DNA of 64,000 nt, from assembly GCA_964247055.1 (NCBI GenBank), contig OZ176058.1, positions 248,001 to 312,000 of the forward strand, read 5' to 3'. Shown here piece after piece: positions 1 through 13,128 of this stretch. A program made the position numbers and the translations under genes. Numbering within the stretch: position 1 is the stretch's first letter; each line of letters begins with the position of its first letter. The notes below the pieces were generated by a model. That model ran no database searches. It saw nothing but the letters and a program-made list of their open reading frames with translations, and was not told the DNA's origin. Source of the stretch: Paragordius varius. Taxonomy: Eukaryota > Animalia > Nematomorpha.

Positions 1-401
1 TTACTTAATCATGCGTTTTTTAGATTTGGAAAAATTTTGCCATAAATAAAGACTTGTAAAAAAATTTTGTAAAAATTTTTATAATTATAATATTTAATTT
101 TTAATATAAGATTGAGGACGAAGGAATATCCTAATCAAATACATATATTTATATCTAAAAGATAATCCTCCATACTTTTTCAATGCTTAATTTTTCTTGT
201 ATAATTATTTATAATATTTTCAAGTTTTGTCCGTATAAATTCAATTTTTACTGTATATATAGATATATAAGCAATCGTCTTCATCATAAAATTTAAAGAG
301 CATTTAAAAATATATTACTGGTCTAATATAAATTTCATAACTGTTTAATAAGATATTTATACTGACAATAAATACCTCAAAAAAATTTAATATAATATCT
401 A

Positions 402-975
402 TAACTTAAATTCACCCCCCTTGAACAATTCAAATTTACTCTTGAACATTGTAAATTCACGCTTGAACAATTCAAATTCCCCCTTAAACAATTCATTCCT
501 TGAACAAATCGATTTCACCCTTGAACATTTCAAATTCACCCTTGAACATTTTAAATTCACCCTTGAACAATTCAAATTATTTACCCTCGAACATTTCAAA
601 TTCACCCTTGAACGATTCAAATTTACCCTAAAATAAATAAGTTTTTTATGATTAAAAATTATTACTTTTATATTAAAATAAATTCTGTGTTTAATATTTA
701 TATAATGCTGAAAAATATTAACTATATCATAAAAATATATTCATATTAATGAGTTATATTAGCTGCCCGAAAATAATTAATTTATTTTCAAGGGTGAATT
801 TATATTGTTCGAGGGTGATTTTAATTGTTCGAGGGTTATTTGAATTGTTCAAGGGTAAATTTGAATTATTCGAGGGTTGAGTTGTTTAAGGGTGAATTAG
901 AATTGTTAAAGATTGAATTATAAGTGAAAATTTAAATTTTTCAAGGATGAATTGAATTTTTTATGGAAATGTATA
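402..975. mobile_element. Foldback/MITE family A, expanded copy with inverted arms of tandem ~21-bp units (TTCAAATTCACCCTTGAACAA); duplicated at 9188-9761
   Basis: About 11 units at 405-632 and reverse-complement units at 790-960. The core resembles the family A copies at 7337, 16026, 44708 and 45905. Confidence 0.75.
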
Positions 976-1489
976 GCTTAGGGCCAGAAAAAGGCAATAT
1001 TACAGGGGTACTAGGTCATCAAAAATGCCTTGAATTAACTTTTTGATATGGTTAAATGGCAGAAAAAGGGAAATTTTCCAAATAACTAAGTTTGAGTTTA
1101 AATCTCATATATCTTTGAAATTCTGAACATAATTATCTACATTTCAAAATCCTCCGTATATTATATTTTTTTGTGTAAGTGTTTTATATATATAAGTATT
1201 TTAGAACTAAATTCCTACAATATAGCCAAATTATTAGGCATTGTTAGTTTAACTGATAAAATTTTATATATAATTCCCTTATCATTTTTACTGAAAAATA
1301 GCGCTTTTTAAATAAAATTTAAAATTATTAACGGGTTAAAATACGCCAAATTTAATTAATCTAAAGTCGTCGTAATATTCACTCTGCGTTAAGTTTTTTA
1401 ACTTTAAGTTTTGATTTAAAATCTAAAAAATATATTTTAAAAAAAAATTAACAAAATATTATAAAATTATTCAATGTTTATATGAATGT

Positions 1490-3638
1490 ATGCCATCTCA
1501 ACAGCAAAAAAATAAGTTGAGGCAAGTTGAAAAGCAAAAACAATTGCAGGAACGACAAACCAAGTTAAATGAACGCAAAAAAGATCGAGAAAATTCTGAA
1601 TCAGACGAAGAAAATTTGCAAACAGACGAAAAAAATTTGAAAGAAAATTTAAATTCAGAAATAATTCATTCTCATCAAGCAATAAATAAAGGTTTTCATA
1701 TATAAATTTAATTATATTGTGTAACTTTTACCTAAATACTATTCAAATAATTTATTTTTATTAAGTAGCAATTTTTATTTCTATATTAATTTAAAGCTTA
1801 TTATAGGAATTATATATTTCATTTTTTAAAGTTTTCCCGTTATTTCCACATAAAATCTCAATGTTTTTATTTATAAAACTCAAAAAAAAAATTTCGAAAA
1901 CCATAAAAAACCAAATAGCCTTTAAAATCCGTTCAATATAATCTTCATTTCATTATAAAACACTAAACTTTTTTTAGGTATTTTTCAAAAAATTTATAAT
2001 TTTTTGTTTAAAAAACATTATATTATTATTTTTTACAAAATAAGTAAAGTTTTAAATTATACGGACAAAACGTTATATAAAGACAAATATTTTTTCTAAT
2101 TTTTTAAAAACCATATTTTTTAATTGATATTTAAATTTAAAATTCAGTAAAAATTGATTAAACAACGTAAAAATATAAAGACAAATATATTTTTCTAAAG
2201 ACAACTTCATATTTTTTATAAATTTGAAATTTAAACTTAAAATACAATAAAAATTGAAATTAAACAACGTAAAAATATAAAGACAAATATATATTTTAAT
2301 CTAAAATTCAACCATATTTTTTGAATTTTTTTATAATGATAACTTATTGTTTTAAATTATATATATATATTATATATTAAAATATTAAAATAAAGACTTA
2401 AATTATAATAGACAAATATATTTTTTAAATTTTAATATATAAATTTAAAATTTTGATATTTAAATTTAAAATACAGTAAAAATATATAAAGACATATATA
2501 TTTTCTAAATGACAAATATTTTTTTTGAAATTTTCATATTTAAATTTAAAATACAGTAAAAATATAAAAACAAATATTTTTTTTAAATTTTGATTTTTTT
2601 TAAATTGTGATAAGTAAAAATATATAAAGACAAATATATTTTTTAAATTTTGATTTTTTTAAATTGTGATATTTAAATTTAAAATTCAGTAAAAATATAT
2701 AAAGACAAATATATTAGTAAAATATTTTATAACAAGTCTAAAATATATAATTGATAAGTTTATTAATAATATATATTTATATTATTATATTTTTTTAAAA
2801 AATTTTAATTTTTATTGTGAATTAAATTTAATAAATTAATTAATCAAAAATTTTTAAAATTATTTGTGGGTTGTTTTTTATAAAAAATATTTGTCTTTAT
2901 ATTTTTACATTTGTCCGTATAATTTCAATTTAAAAAAATTTAAGATTATTTGACAAACTAAAAAAATGTAAAATAATCGGTTTTTTAAATAATTTGAAAA
3001 ACCGGTTTTGTATGATTCGACTGTTGCTTATTTTATTTTTTTGATAAAAAAAACTGTAAAATTTTTAAATATTACATACAGTTATAACGGTTAATTAAAA
3101 ATGTTATTATTTTTTAAAACATACATTTAAAAATATATTTTTAATAAAAAAAATGTTTTTTTGATTTATATATTATTAATTTATTAAATTTTTAACTTAT
3201 CAGCTGATTTTGATGATAATTTTTAACGATTAATTACATACAGTTATAACTGGTCTTTTTTAAAAGGGTTTTTTTACTTTATATATAAAGTTTTCAGATT
3301 TACAACTAATAAAAATATATTTTTATCCAATTTTAATTTTATTGAATTTTTAAAAATATTTTTTTTTCTTAAAATATACATATAAAGTTTTTAGATTACT
3401 TTTTAAATTTACAAGTAATAAAAATATTCCAAATTTAATTTTATTAAGTTTTTTAACTTATCAGCTGATTTTGATGAGCCCATTACAACGGCAAATCATC
3501 AACATGGCGATGATTTGCAGACGACAAACTTTACCGAAAACGCGGACGACAAAATGGCCGCGCCCACATCATCATCAGCTGATGCGGTTGTAAAATATCC
3601 CCTCACTGTCTTATACTGTGACATTTGTTCAATGCCCG
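1490..3638 (+). pseudogene. DENR: 3'-truncated duplicate of the DENR 5' region (putative exon 1 plus exon 2 up to YPLTVLYCDICSMP)
   Basis: 3465-3638 matches DENR exon 2 (12251-12424), then breaks into AT-rich sequence with an in-frame stop (CCC GAA TAA). Confidence 0.8.
2055..2925. mobile_element. MITE family B with internally amplified subterminal motif; duplicated at 10841-11711
   Basis: Left AATTATACGGACAAAACG..ATAAAGACAAATAT; right TTTGTCTTTATATTTTTACATTTGTCCGTATAATTT; several internal CAGTAAAAATATATAAAGACA repeats. Confidence 0.7.
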
Positions 3639-5653
3639 AATAAAAATTATAAAAACATTTTTTAAATAATATATTTTAATTAATAAAATATTATAAATGT
3701 ACTAAATAAAAATTTATATACAAAATTTTATATTATATAAATGCTAAAAGAAGTTATAAATTAAAAAAACGTTTTAAATATATAATTTATAAAATAATTT
3801 TTAATAAAAAAAATAAGAAAAAATTTAAAATTTAACCACAAATCCGAATATAATTTGTAATAATAGAAATTGTAAAACAAAGTTTCAAAAAAAGTTTTTA
3901 ACAAATATGAAAAAAATAAAAGACAATAACTTTTAAAACAAAATTAGTTTATTATTCAAATTTTTTCTTTTGTTAAAAAAGAAAATTGGCATAGAAATAT
4001 GGAATGTAAAAAATTGAAAAGAGAGCAGTTTAATAAAATAGTAAAAAAATGGCACAAAAACAAAAAGCTAAACCTGTTTTGGCTGTTAACATTAATTTGC
4101 TGACATTTTCTATAAAATAAAAACGCTTGAATTTTGACACAAATGCAAATTAGTCTTTTTCAAGATTTGTGTGGATATGTTTTGATGTTTTCACTTTAGT
4201 TTTCTGTCAAAAAGTATAAAATATAAAAAAACTTGATTAATTAGTTAGATATGTTTCTAAACTTTTTGTTTTTCTGAGTATTTTTTATTTCTTTAGGCGA
4301 TCTTTGATGACATAAAATTATAATAGAAAAAATACGTCGATTCAAATAATGAATGTAGATGAAACAGTTGATATTTAAAAATTATTTTGTTGGAAATATT
4401 AAAATTTATTAACTTTTAGGATGTTTTTATAAGATTTATAATAAATTGACCTAAAAAATTGCTAAAGGCTTAAAATATTTCTCTTGTGGGTTTTTTTAAA
4501 GATTTCGGACTCTCTTAAATATACCCTTAAATATTTAATGGTTTATTACAATAAATATTGAACTATACGGACAAAACGCAAAAATATAAAGACAAACATT
4601 TGTTATCGAAAAGACTTTTATACTTTTTAAAACATTAACTTTGTCTCATATTATATATACATTTGTAAAATATTGATTTGATTGTATAAGTATTCAATTT
4701 CTATTATTTAAAACTATGAGTAATATTGAAATAAATCAAGATTTGAATAATAAGGTTCTTTTATTATCTGATAGGGCATTAAGGTAGTAACTTTGTAGAT
4801 TTAAAAGTGAGCTACGCCTAAAATTTTTGCCCCCCCCCTTCCCCCAATAAAATCAGCTGTTTTTTGTTAAAATAATTGCAATTTTTTTAGATTTGCAATA
4901 ATATCTCATATATATATATATATATGCTAGATTATTCCATCAAAATTATATTTTTGAAACAATGTTTAATCGATTAACAGGAGAAAAATACTTTATTTTT
5001 TTCAGATAGAATTATTTATTATTTATAGCTTGATTTTTTATTCGCTTAAAACCTAAATTAAAATAGTTGTTTGTTTTAGAATAATGAAATTATACCATGG
5101 ACTAAATCTAAATATAAAGACAAAAAACTTTTTTTAAAAACAACCATTTTTTTAATCCTTAATTAGTCCTATAAAAAAACATTTAATTACAATCGTAAAA
5201 TACATAATTGATTGTGTTACCAATTTAAATTTCTTTATTGTTTGAAGTTTAAGATAACGAGTAATGATAAAAAACATGGTTTAAAAAATATGGTTTTCTT
5301 TTAGAAAAAAATATTGGTCCTTATTTTTTTTACGTTTTTTCCGTATAATATTAAATTTTACACTAAAAACAACTAAATTTTAAACAAAATGGATCATAAA
5401 AAATCTTGATTTCATAGACGAACAGATATTCCACTTAAACTAGAGGTAATGAAAATGTTTGCCCCAAATTATATATAAATTTATTATATTTTTTCGATAA
5501 AAACTTTACTATAAAAGTCGAAAATTAAAATATATATTTTTTTTCTATTTGTACGCATTTCAGCTTAATTTTACTAAAATTCTAAAATACAATGCATAAT
5601 TCTCTCAATTTTTAATAAAATGTTTAAAAATGTTTTTTATATATTTTCACCAT

Positions 5654-6100
5654 GTTGCAAATGACTAAATATGTTAAAGACCGACCATATTCTAATTGAT
5701 ATATATTTTAAAAAGCTATTGAAAGAAACAATTCTATTAATTTAAGTTTTTATATACTTATTTCCAAATATTATATAAATATGCAAAAATATATCTAAAT
5801 AAATTTAGTTTTGAATAAAAAATCTATATCAAACTAATTCGACGCCAATTTTGCAAAATATCGTGTTTAATTGATTCTAAAATTCTCCATTTTGCAAATG
5901 ACTAAATATGTTAAACATATTCAAAATGATATATTTAATAAACTATTGGAAGAAACAACTCTTTTAATTAAAATATATACTTATTTCAAAATTACAATTA
6001 TATAAATAAGCAAAAAAAAATCTAAATAAAATTTAGTTTTAATAAAATTCAAATTAATTTAACGCCATTTTTGCAAAATATCGTGTTTATTTGATTTTGA
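5654..6100. repeat. Tandem pair of ~240-bp units of a dispersed repeat (inverted relative copy at ~55640-55860)
   Basis: TTGCAAATGACTAAATATGTTAAA at 5655 and 5892; GACGCCAATTTTGCAAAATATCGTGTTT matches the reverse complement of ~55720-55770. Confidence 0.65.
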
Positions 6101-7336
6101 GATTAAAATAAAGTTTACTTTTTTATTGAAATCAAATCTAACACTAATATAAATGGATTATAGTTTTTTATTTTTTTTTTCACACATGTCATATTAGCTA
6201 AATATTTTTTGCGTTTTGCTTTTGAATAAAATATAATTTTATTTAAAATTTTAAAGATTTTTTTATATTTCGGTTCATTAAAGTTATAAAAGTATATATT
6301 TTTTCCATATTTTTAATTTATGACATATTTTTTTAAAAAATATTTAATTTTTAACAGGTTTGGGGTACCCAAAGACCCTTTTTGAATCCAAGGACTGAAA
6401 TTTATACATTATAAATGTTAAAATATAATGAAGGCATTTTTTACAAAAAAGTTTTGTTGGAATAACCTACTAAATGTTAAAAATTTTAGAATAATATAAA
6501 CATTTAGTTTTCAAAGAAAAACTTATTATTTTTGTTAAAAAAAATTTAATTTTTCTATTTACCACAAACGCAAAATCTTTCTTGGCCTATAAGGAAAACC
6601 CTAAAAGAATCAAAAAATATTTTGTAAAAAATATAATTTTATGTTAAACACGTATGTTTGAATATTTTTATTTCAAAAAAATAATTTTTCTAAATGTGTG
6701 TATTTCTGATTTTTCTCTATGGAACAATAATCTATAAAATAAAAGCAAAGAAAATAGACTTGAAATTCACAAAAGTTTAAATATAAGAATTGTAATATAT
6801 ATCAATATAAAAATTTACAATTTGCCATCTTAAAAAAGATATGAATTAAAAAATTGAAATCGTTGAAAATTGCAATAAAAATGTGAAATTATACCAAATA
6901 ATATAAATTTGAAAATAATTAAGAAAAAAAGTGGGTATTTCCAGTTAAGAATCAATTAAAAAATAAATAATATTAACTTTAAATTGCTATTATATTTGCT
7001 TTATATCAAATTCGCTGGAGTTTATTTCTATTAACAATACTGATAAAAACATCCATAATATTAAATACAGTAAAAATTAAAATATTATACCAAAGGACAA
7101 AACTTAAAAATAAAAAAGATCATTTTTTTTCTTAAAGACAACTAACCACACTTTTTAAATCTTGATTTTTTGAATAAAACTCATTGTTTTAAATAGCAAA
7201 GTGTGAAATAGAAATATATATATAATTAAACAATATCAATTTTATATTTAACAATCGTAAATACCTACCTAGCTTATAGACGAAAATTAAAAAAGTATGG
7301 GGTTGTCTTTTTAAAGAAAAAAATATGGTTGATATA

Positions 7337-7606
7337 TACCATTTACAGTTCAAATTCACCCTTAAATAATTCTAATTCACCCAAAAATAAATTATGTGTT
7401 TTCGAACTAATATAACTCATTATTAATATGAAATGTATGTTTATGGTATAGTTTATTATTTTTTTCAGTATTATTTTAATTTTAAACCAAAATTTCTATT
7501 TTTTAAAAAATATATAAAATATAGGTAATTTTTAATCTTAAAAACATGTTATTTATTTGAGGGTGAATTTGAATTGTTTAAGGGTGAAATTGAATTGTAA
7601 ATGGTA
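7337..7606. mobile_element. MITE family A (TIR TACCATTTACA.., TA target duplication; Tc1/mariner-like)
   Basis: TA|TACCATTTACAGTTCAAATTCACC ... GGTGAAATTGAATTGTAAATGGTA|TA. Confidence 0.8.
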
Positions 7607-7683
7607 TATATAAAAAGCCTGAATTTCACTTTTCAGAATATCATATATTTATTTCTGATACTAATTATTTTAGATAAAATTTC

Positions 7684-8780
7684 TACAGTAAAAACTCAAA
7701 TTATACGGACAAAACGTAAAATATATAAAGACAAATACTTTTTTCAAAAGACAACCCCATACTTAAATCTTGATTTATTTTAATGTAACTTAGTGTTTTA
7801 ATTGACAAAGTTAAAATAGATTTATAAATAAAAAATTTGCCTTACATAAATATATTGATCACTCAAAATAATAAAATAAAAAAAAATTAATTCACTTTTC
7901 TGGATATCATATATATTTCGTGTGATACTAATTATTTTAGATAAATCGATATTTCTACATTAAAAGTTGAAATTGTTGAATACGGATGGACAAAACTTAA
8001 AAAGCTTAAAGACAAAAATTTTTTTTAAAGACAACATACTTTTTATTTGAATTAATTTAATATATTTCTGATTGTTTTAAATTATAAAATAGATTTAGTT
8101 ACCAATAAACATCTTTGTTTTTATGGACATAAGGTAAAAATATTTAGACAAATATTTTCAAAAGACAACCATAGTTTTTAAATCTTAATTAAACATAATA
8201 TATATCTGATTGTTTTAAATTGCACATTATATAATAGATTTCATTAGCAATAAATATTTTTATATCTATAAACAAAAGATAAAAATATAAAGACAAATAT
8301 TTTTTTCTAAAACGCAACCCTATACTTTTTAAATCTTGAATTATATCAATATAAATCATTGTTTTGAATTACATTATAATTTAGTTAGCAATAAACATTT
8401 TTATTTCTATGAATAAATGTAAAAATATAAAGACAATTATTTTTTTTTCAAAAGACAACCCTATACTTTTTAAATCTTGATTTATATCAATATAAATTAT
8501 TGTGAATTATATTCTAATTTATAAACATTTTTATTTCTATGGACAAAACGTAAAACACATAAAGACAAATATTTTTTTTAAATACTTTTTTAATCTTGAA
8601 ATAATTTACCGATTGTTTTAAAATGAAAATCATATTATGATTGTGTTACTAATATACATTTTTGTTTTCTAGTTTATAGTTTGAAACAATAAGTATAATT
8701 TAGAAAAAAAATGAAGGTTTTTAAAGGTAGGGATTTGTCTTTTGAAAAAAAAATTACGTTTGTCCTTCCGTATAATTATA
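7684..8780. mobile_element. MITE family B with internal ~130-bp tandem amplification
   Basis: Starts TACAGTAAAAACTCAAATTATACGGACAAAACG and ends ..TTACGTTTGTCCTTCCGTATAATT. Repeated AAAGACAA(A/C)..ATACTTTTTAAATCTTGA units lie inside. Confidence 0.65.
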
Positions 8781-8786
8781 ATTCCA

Positions 8787-11700
8787 TTACTTAATCATGC
8801 GTTTTTTAGATTTGGAAAAATTTTGCCATAAATAAAGACTTGTAAAAAAATTTTGTAAAAATTTTTATAATTATAATATTTAATTTTTAATATAAGATTG
8901 AGGACGAAGGAATATCCTAATCAAATACATATATTTATATCTAAAAGATAATCCTCCATACTTTTTCAATGCTTAATTTTTCTTGTATAATTATTTATAA
9001 TATTTTCAAGTTTTGTCCGTATAAATTCAATTTTTACTGTATATATAGATATATAAGCAATCGTCTTCATCATAAAATTTAAAGAGCATTTAAAAATATA
9101 TTACTGGTCTAATATAAATTTCATAACTGTTTAATAAGATATTTATACTGACAATAAATACCTCAAAAAAATTTAATATAATATCTATAACTTAAATTCA
9201 CCCCCCTTGAACAATTCAAATTTACTCTTGAACATTGTAAATTCACGCTTGAACAATTCAAATTCCCCCTTAAACAATTCATTCCTTGAACAAATCGATT
9301 TCACCCTTGAACATTTCAAATTCACCCTTGAACATTTTAAATTCACCCTTGAACAATTCAAATTATTTACCCTCGAACATTTCAAATTCACCCTTGAACG
9401 ATTCAAATTTACCCTAAAATAAATAAGTTTTTTATGATTAAAAATTATTACTTTTATATTAAAATAAATTCTGTGTTTAATATTTATATAATGCTGAAAA
9501 ATATTAACTATATCATAAAAATATATTCATATTAATGAGTTATATTAGCTGCCCGAAAATAATTAATTTATTTTCAAGGGTGAATTTATATTGTTCGAGG
9601 GTGATTTTAATTGTTCGAGGGTTATTTGAATTGTTCAAGGGTAAATTTGAATTATTCGAGGGTTGAGTTGTTTAAGGGTGAATTAGAATTGTTAAAGATT
9701 GAATTATAAGTGAAAATTTAAATTTTTCAAGGATGAATTGAATTTTTTATGGAAATGTATAGCTTAGGGCCAGAAAAAGGCAATATTACAGGGGTACTAG
9801 GTCATCAAAAATGCCTTGAATTAACTTTTTGATATGGTTAAATGGCAGAAAAAGGGAAATTTTCCAAATAACTAAGTTTGAGTTTAAATCTCATATATCT
9901 TTGAAATTCTGAACATAATTATCTACATTTCAAAATCCTCCGTATATTATATTTTTTTGTGTAAGTGTTTTATATATATAAGTATTTTAGAACTAAATTC
10001 CTACAATATAGCCAAATTATTAGGCATTGTTAGTTTAACTGATAAAATTTTATATATAATTCCCTTATCATTTTTACTGAAAAATAGCGCTTTTTAAATA
10101 AAATTTAAAATTATTAACGGGTTAAAATACGCCAAATTTAATTAATCTAAAGTCGTCGTAATATTCACTCTGCGTTAAGTTTTTTAACTTTAAGTTTTGA
10201 TTTAAAATCTAAAAAATATATTTTAAAAAAAAATTAACAAAATATTATAAAATTATTCAATGTTTATATGAATGTATGCCATCTCAACAGCAAAAAAATA
10301 AGTTGAGGCAAGTTGAAAAGCAAAAACAATTGCAGGAACGACAAACCAAGTTAAATGAACGCAAAAAAGATCGAGAAAATTCTGAATCAGACGAAGAAAA
10401 TTTGCAAACAGACGAAAAAAATTTGAAAGAAAATTTAAATTCAGAAATAATTCATTCTCATCAAGCAATAAATAAAGGTTTTCATATATAAATTTAATTA
10501 TATTGTGTAACTTTTACCTAAATACTATTCAAATAATTTATTTTTATTAAGTAGCAATTTTTATTTCTATATTAATTTAAAGCTTATTATAGGAATTATA
10601 TATTTCATTTTTTAAAGTTTTCCCGTTATTTCCACATAAAATCTCAATGTTTTTATTTATAAAACTCAAAAAAAAAATTTCGAAAACCATAAAAAACCAA
10701 ATAGCCTTTAAAATCCGTTCAATATAATCTTCATTTCATTATAAAACACTAAACTTTTTTTAGGTATTTTTCAAAAAATTTATAATTTTTTGTTTAAAAA
10801 ACATTATATTATTATTTTTTACAAAATAAGTAAAGTTTTAAATTATACGGACAAAACGTTATATAAAGACAAATATTTTTTCTAATTTTTTAAAAACCAT
10901 ATTTTTTAATTGATATTTAAATTTAAAATTCAGTAAAAATTGATTAAACAACGTAAAAATATAAAGACAAATATATTTTTCTAAAGACAACTTCATATTT
11001 TTTATAAATTTGAAATTTAAACTTAAAATACAATAAAAATTGAAATTAAACAACGTAAAAATATAAAGACAAATATATATTTTAATCTAAAATTCAACCA
11101 TATTTTTTGAATTTTTTTATAATGATAACTTATTGTTTTAAATTATATATATATATTATATATTAAAATATTAAAATAAAGACTTAAATTATAATAGACA
11201 AATATATTTTTTAAATTTTAATATATAAATTTAAAATTTTGATATTTAAATTTAAAATACAGTAAAAATATATAAAGACATATATATTTTCTAAATGACA
11301 AATATTTTTTTTGAAATTTTCATATTTAAATTTAAAATACAGTAAAAATATAAAAACAAATATTTTTTTTAAATTTTGATTTTTTTTAAATTGTGATAAG
11401 TAAAAATATATAAAGACAAATATATTTTTTAAATTTTGATTTTTTTAAATTGTGATATTTAAATTTAAAATTCAGTAAAAATATATAAAGACAAATATAT
11501 TAGTAAAATATTTTATAACAAGTCTAAAATATATAATTGATAAGTTTATTAATAATATATATTTATATTATTATATTTTTTTAAAAAATTTTAATTTTTA
11601 TTGTGAATTAAATTTAATAAATTAATTAATCAAAAATTTTTAAAATTATTTGTGGGTTGTTTTTTATAAAAAATATTTGTCTTTATATTTTTACATTTGT

Positions 11701-12424
11701 CCGTATAATTTCAATTTAAAAAAATTTAAGATTATTTGACAAACTAAAAAAATGTAAAATAATCGGTTTTTTAAATAATTTGAAAAACCGGTTTTGTATG
11801 ATTCGACTGTTGCTTATTTTATTTTTTTGATAAAAAAAACTGTAAAATTTTTAAATATTACATACAGTTATAACGGTTAATTAAAAATGTTATTATTTTT
11901 TAAAACATACATTTAAAAATATATTTTTAATAAAAAAAATGTTTTTTTGATTTATATATTATTAATTTATTAAATTTTTAACTTATCAGCTGATTTTGAT
12001 GATAATTTTTAACGATTAATTACATACAGTTATAACTGGTCTTTTTTAAAAGGGTTTTTTTACTTTATATATAAAGTTTTCAGATTTACAACTAATAAAA
12101 ATATATTTTTATCCAATTTTAATTTTATTGAATTTTTAAAAATATTTTTTTTTCTTAAAATATACATATAAAGTTTTTAGATTACTTTTTAAATTTACAA
12201 GTAATAAAAATATTCCAAATTTAATTTTATTAAGTTTTTTAACTTATCAGCTGATTTTGATGAGCCCATTACAACGGCAAATCATCAACATGGCGATGAT
12301 TTGCAGACGACAAACTTTACCGAAAACGCGGACGACAAAATGGCCGCGCCCACATCATCATCAGCTGATGCGGTTGTAAAATATCCCCTCACTGTCTTAT
12401 ACTGTGACATTTGTTCAATGCCCG
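8787..12424. repeat. Right copy of the 8786-bp-offset duplication; continues into the intact DENR gene
   Basis: Same sequence as 1-3638, with no indel shift across 3.6 kb. Confidence 0.95.
10276..10477 (+). CDS. DENR: DENR putative exon 1 (charged low-complexity N-terminal extension)
   Basis: ORF MPSQQQKNKLRQ..HSHQAINK. Donor AAAG|GTTTTC is phase 1 and matches the phase-1 acceptor at 12251. Confidence 0.5.
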
Positions 12425-13097
12425 TAGAGTATTGTATGTATTCCCCAACCTTTACACAATGTAAAGCCTGGCTTCAAAAAACACATGTTCAAGTGTATGA
12501 ACGTATGTACATGCCCTCACAAAAACAGCTGACCACAGCTGATGTTACTAAAAATCAGCTGATCTCAACATCAGCTGATAAACAACCATCTGCTCAAGAC
12601 ATACTGAATGATATAAATTGCAATTTGGATTCCCTGAAATTGGTTAAAGGTTGTTTTTTGATTTTTTTTAAAGTTTTAATAATTTAATATTTTTTTTTGT
12701 TTTAATTTATTATTTCTTAATTATTTCCTTAGGTTTGATTTTTAGTTTTTTATAATCATAATTTTATATTTATCATTTGCTCTTCAAGAGTGTCCTTGAA
12801 CAGTTCAAGTTGGTCCTTAAAATTTAAAAATTTTAATTTAACCATAATTTTTGCATTTATTTTTTTATTTTATTATTTTTCAACCTAATTTTCTTTATTT
12901 ATTATATATTTATTCATTTAAAAATATAAATTTTTATTGAAAAACTACTTTTTTGTTTTAAACTATTTTTTATCGATTAAACAAAATTTTAACTTTTAAT
13001 TGTTTTTAATGAAAAATTTTAATTAATAAGTAAGAATACCTAATCTTATAAAAGGACCAACTTGAAGTGTTTAAGGACACTCTTTAAGTGCAAATGG

Positions 13098-13128
<31 letters not shown>

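Larger units (their letters stand above)
1..3638. repeat. Left copy of a segmental/tandem duplication (offset 8786 bp; identical by eye to 8787-12424; left end outside window)
   Basis: Five ORFs recur at a constant +8786 offset (399/9185, 421/9207, 1467/10253, 1490/10276, 2073/10859). Identity ends at ...AATGCCCG (3638/12424), followed by AATAAA versus TAGAGT. Confidence 0.95.

Noticed and set aside
399-636. ORFs 399-620 (-) and 421-636 (+), and their duplicates at 9185-9422
   Set aside because: Translations of the 21-bp tandem units of a foldback MITE; the periodic peptides are not evidence of genes.
6350-6420. GC-richer patch after TTTTTAACAG resembling an exon or transposon end
   Set aside because: All frames close quickly, and no partner exon, TIR or TSD could be identified.
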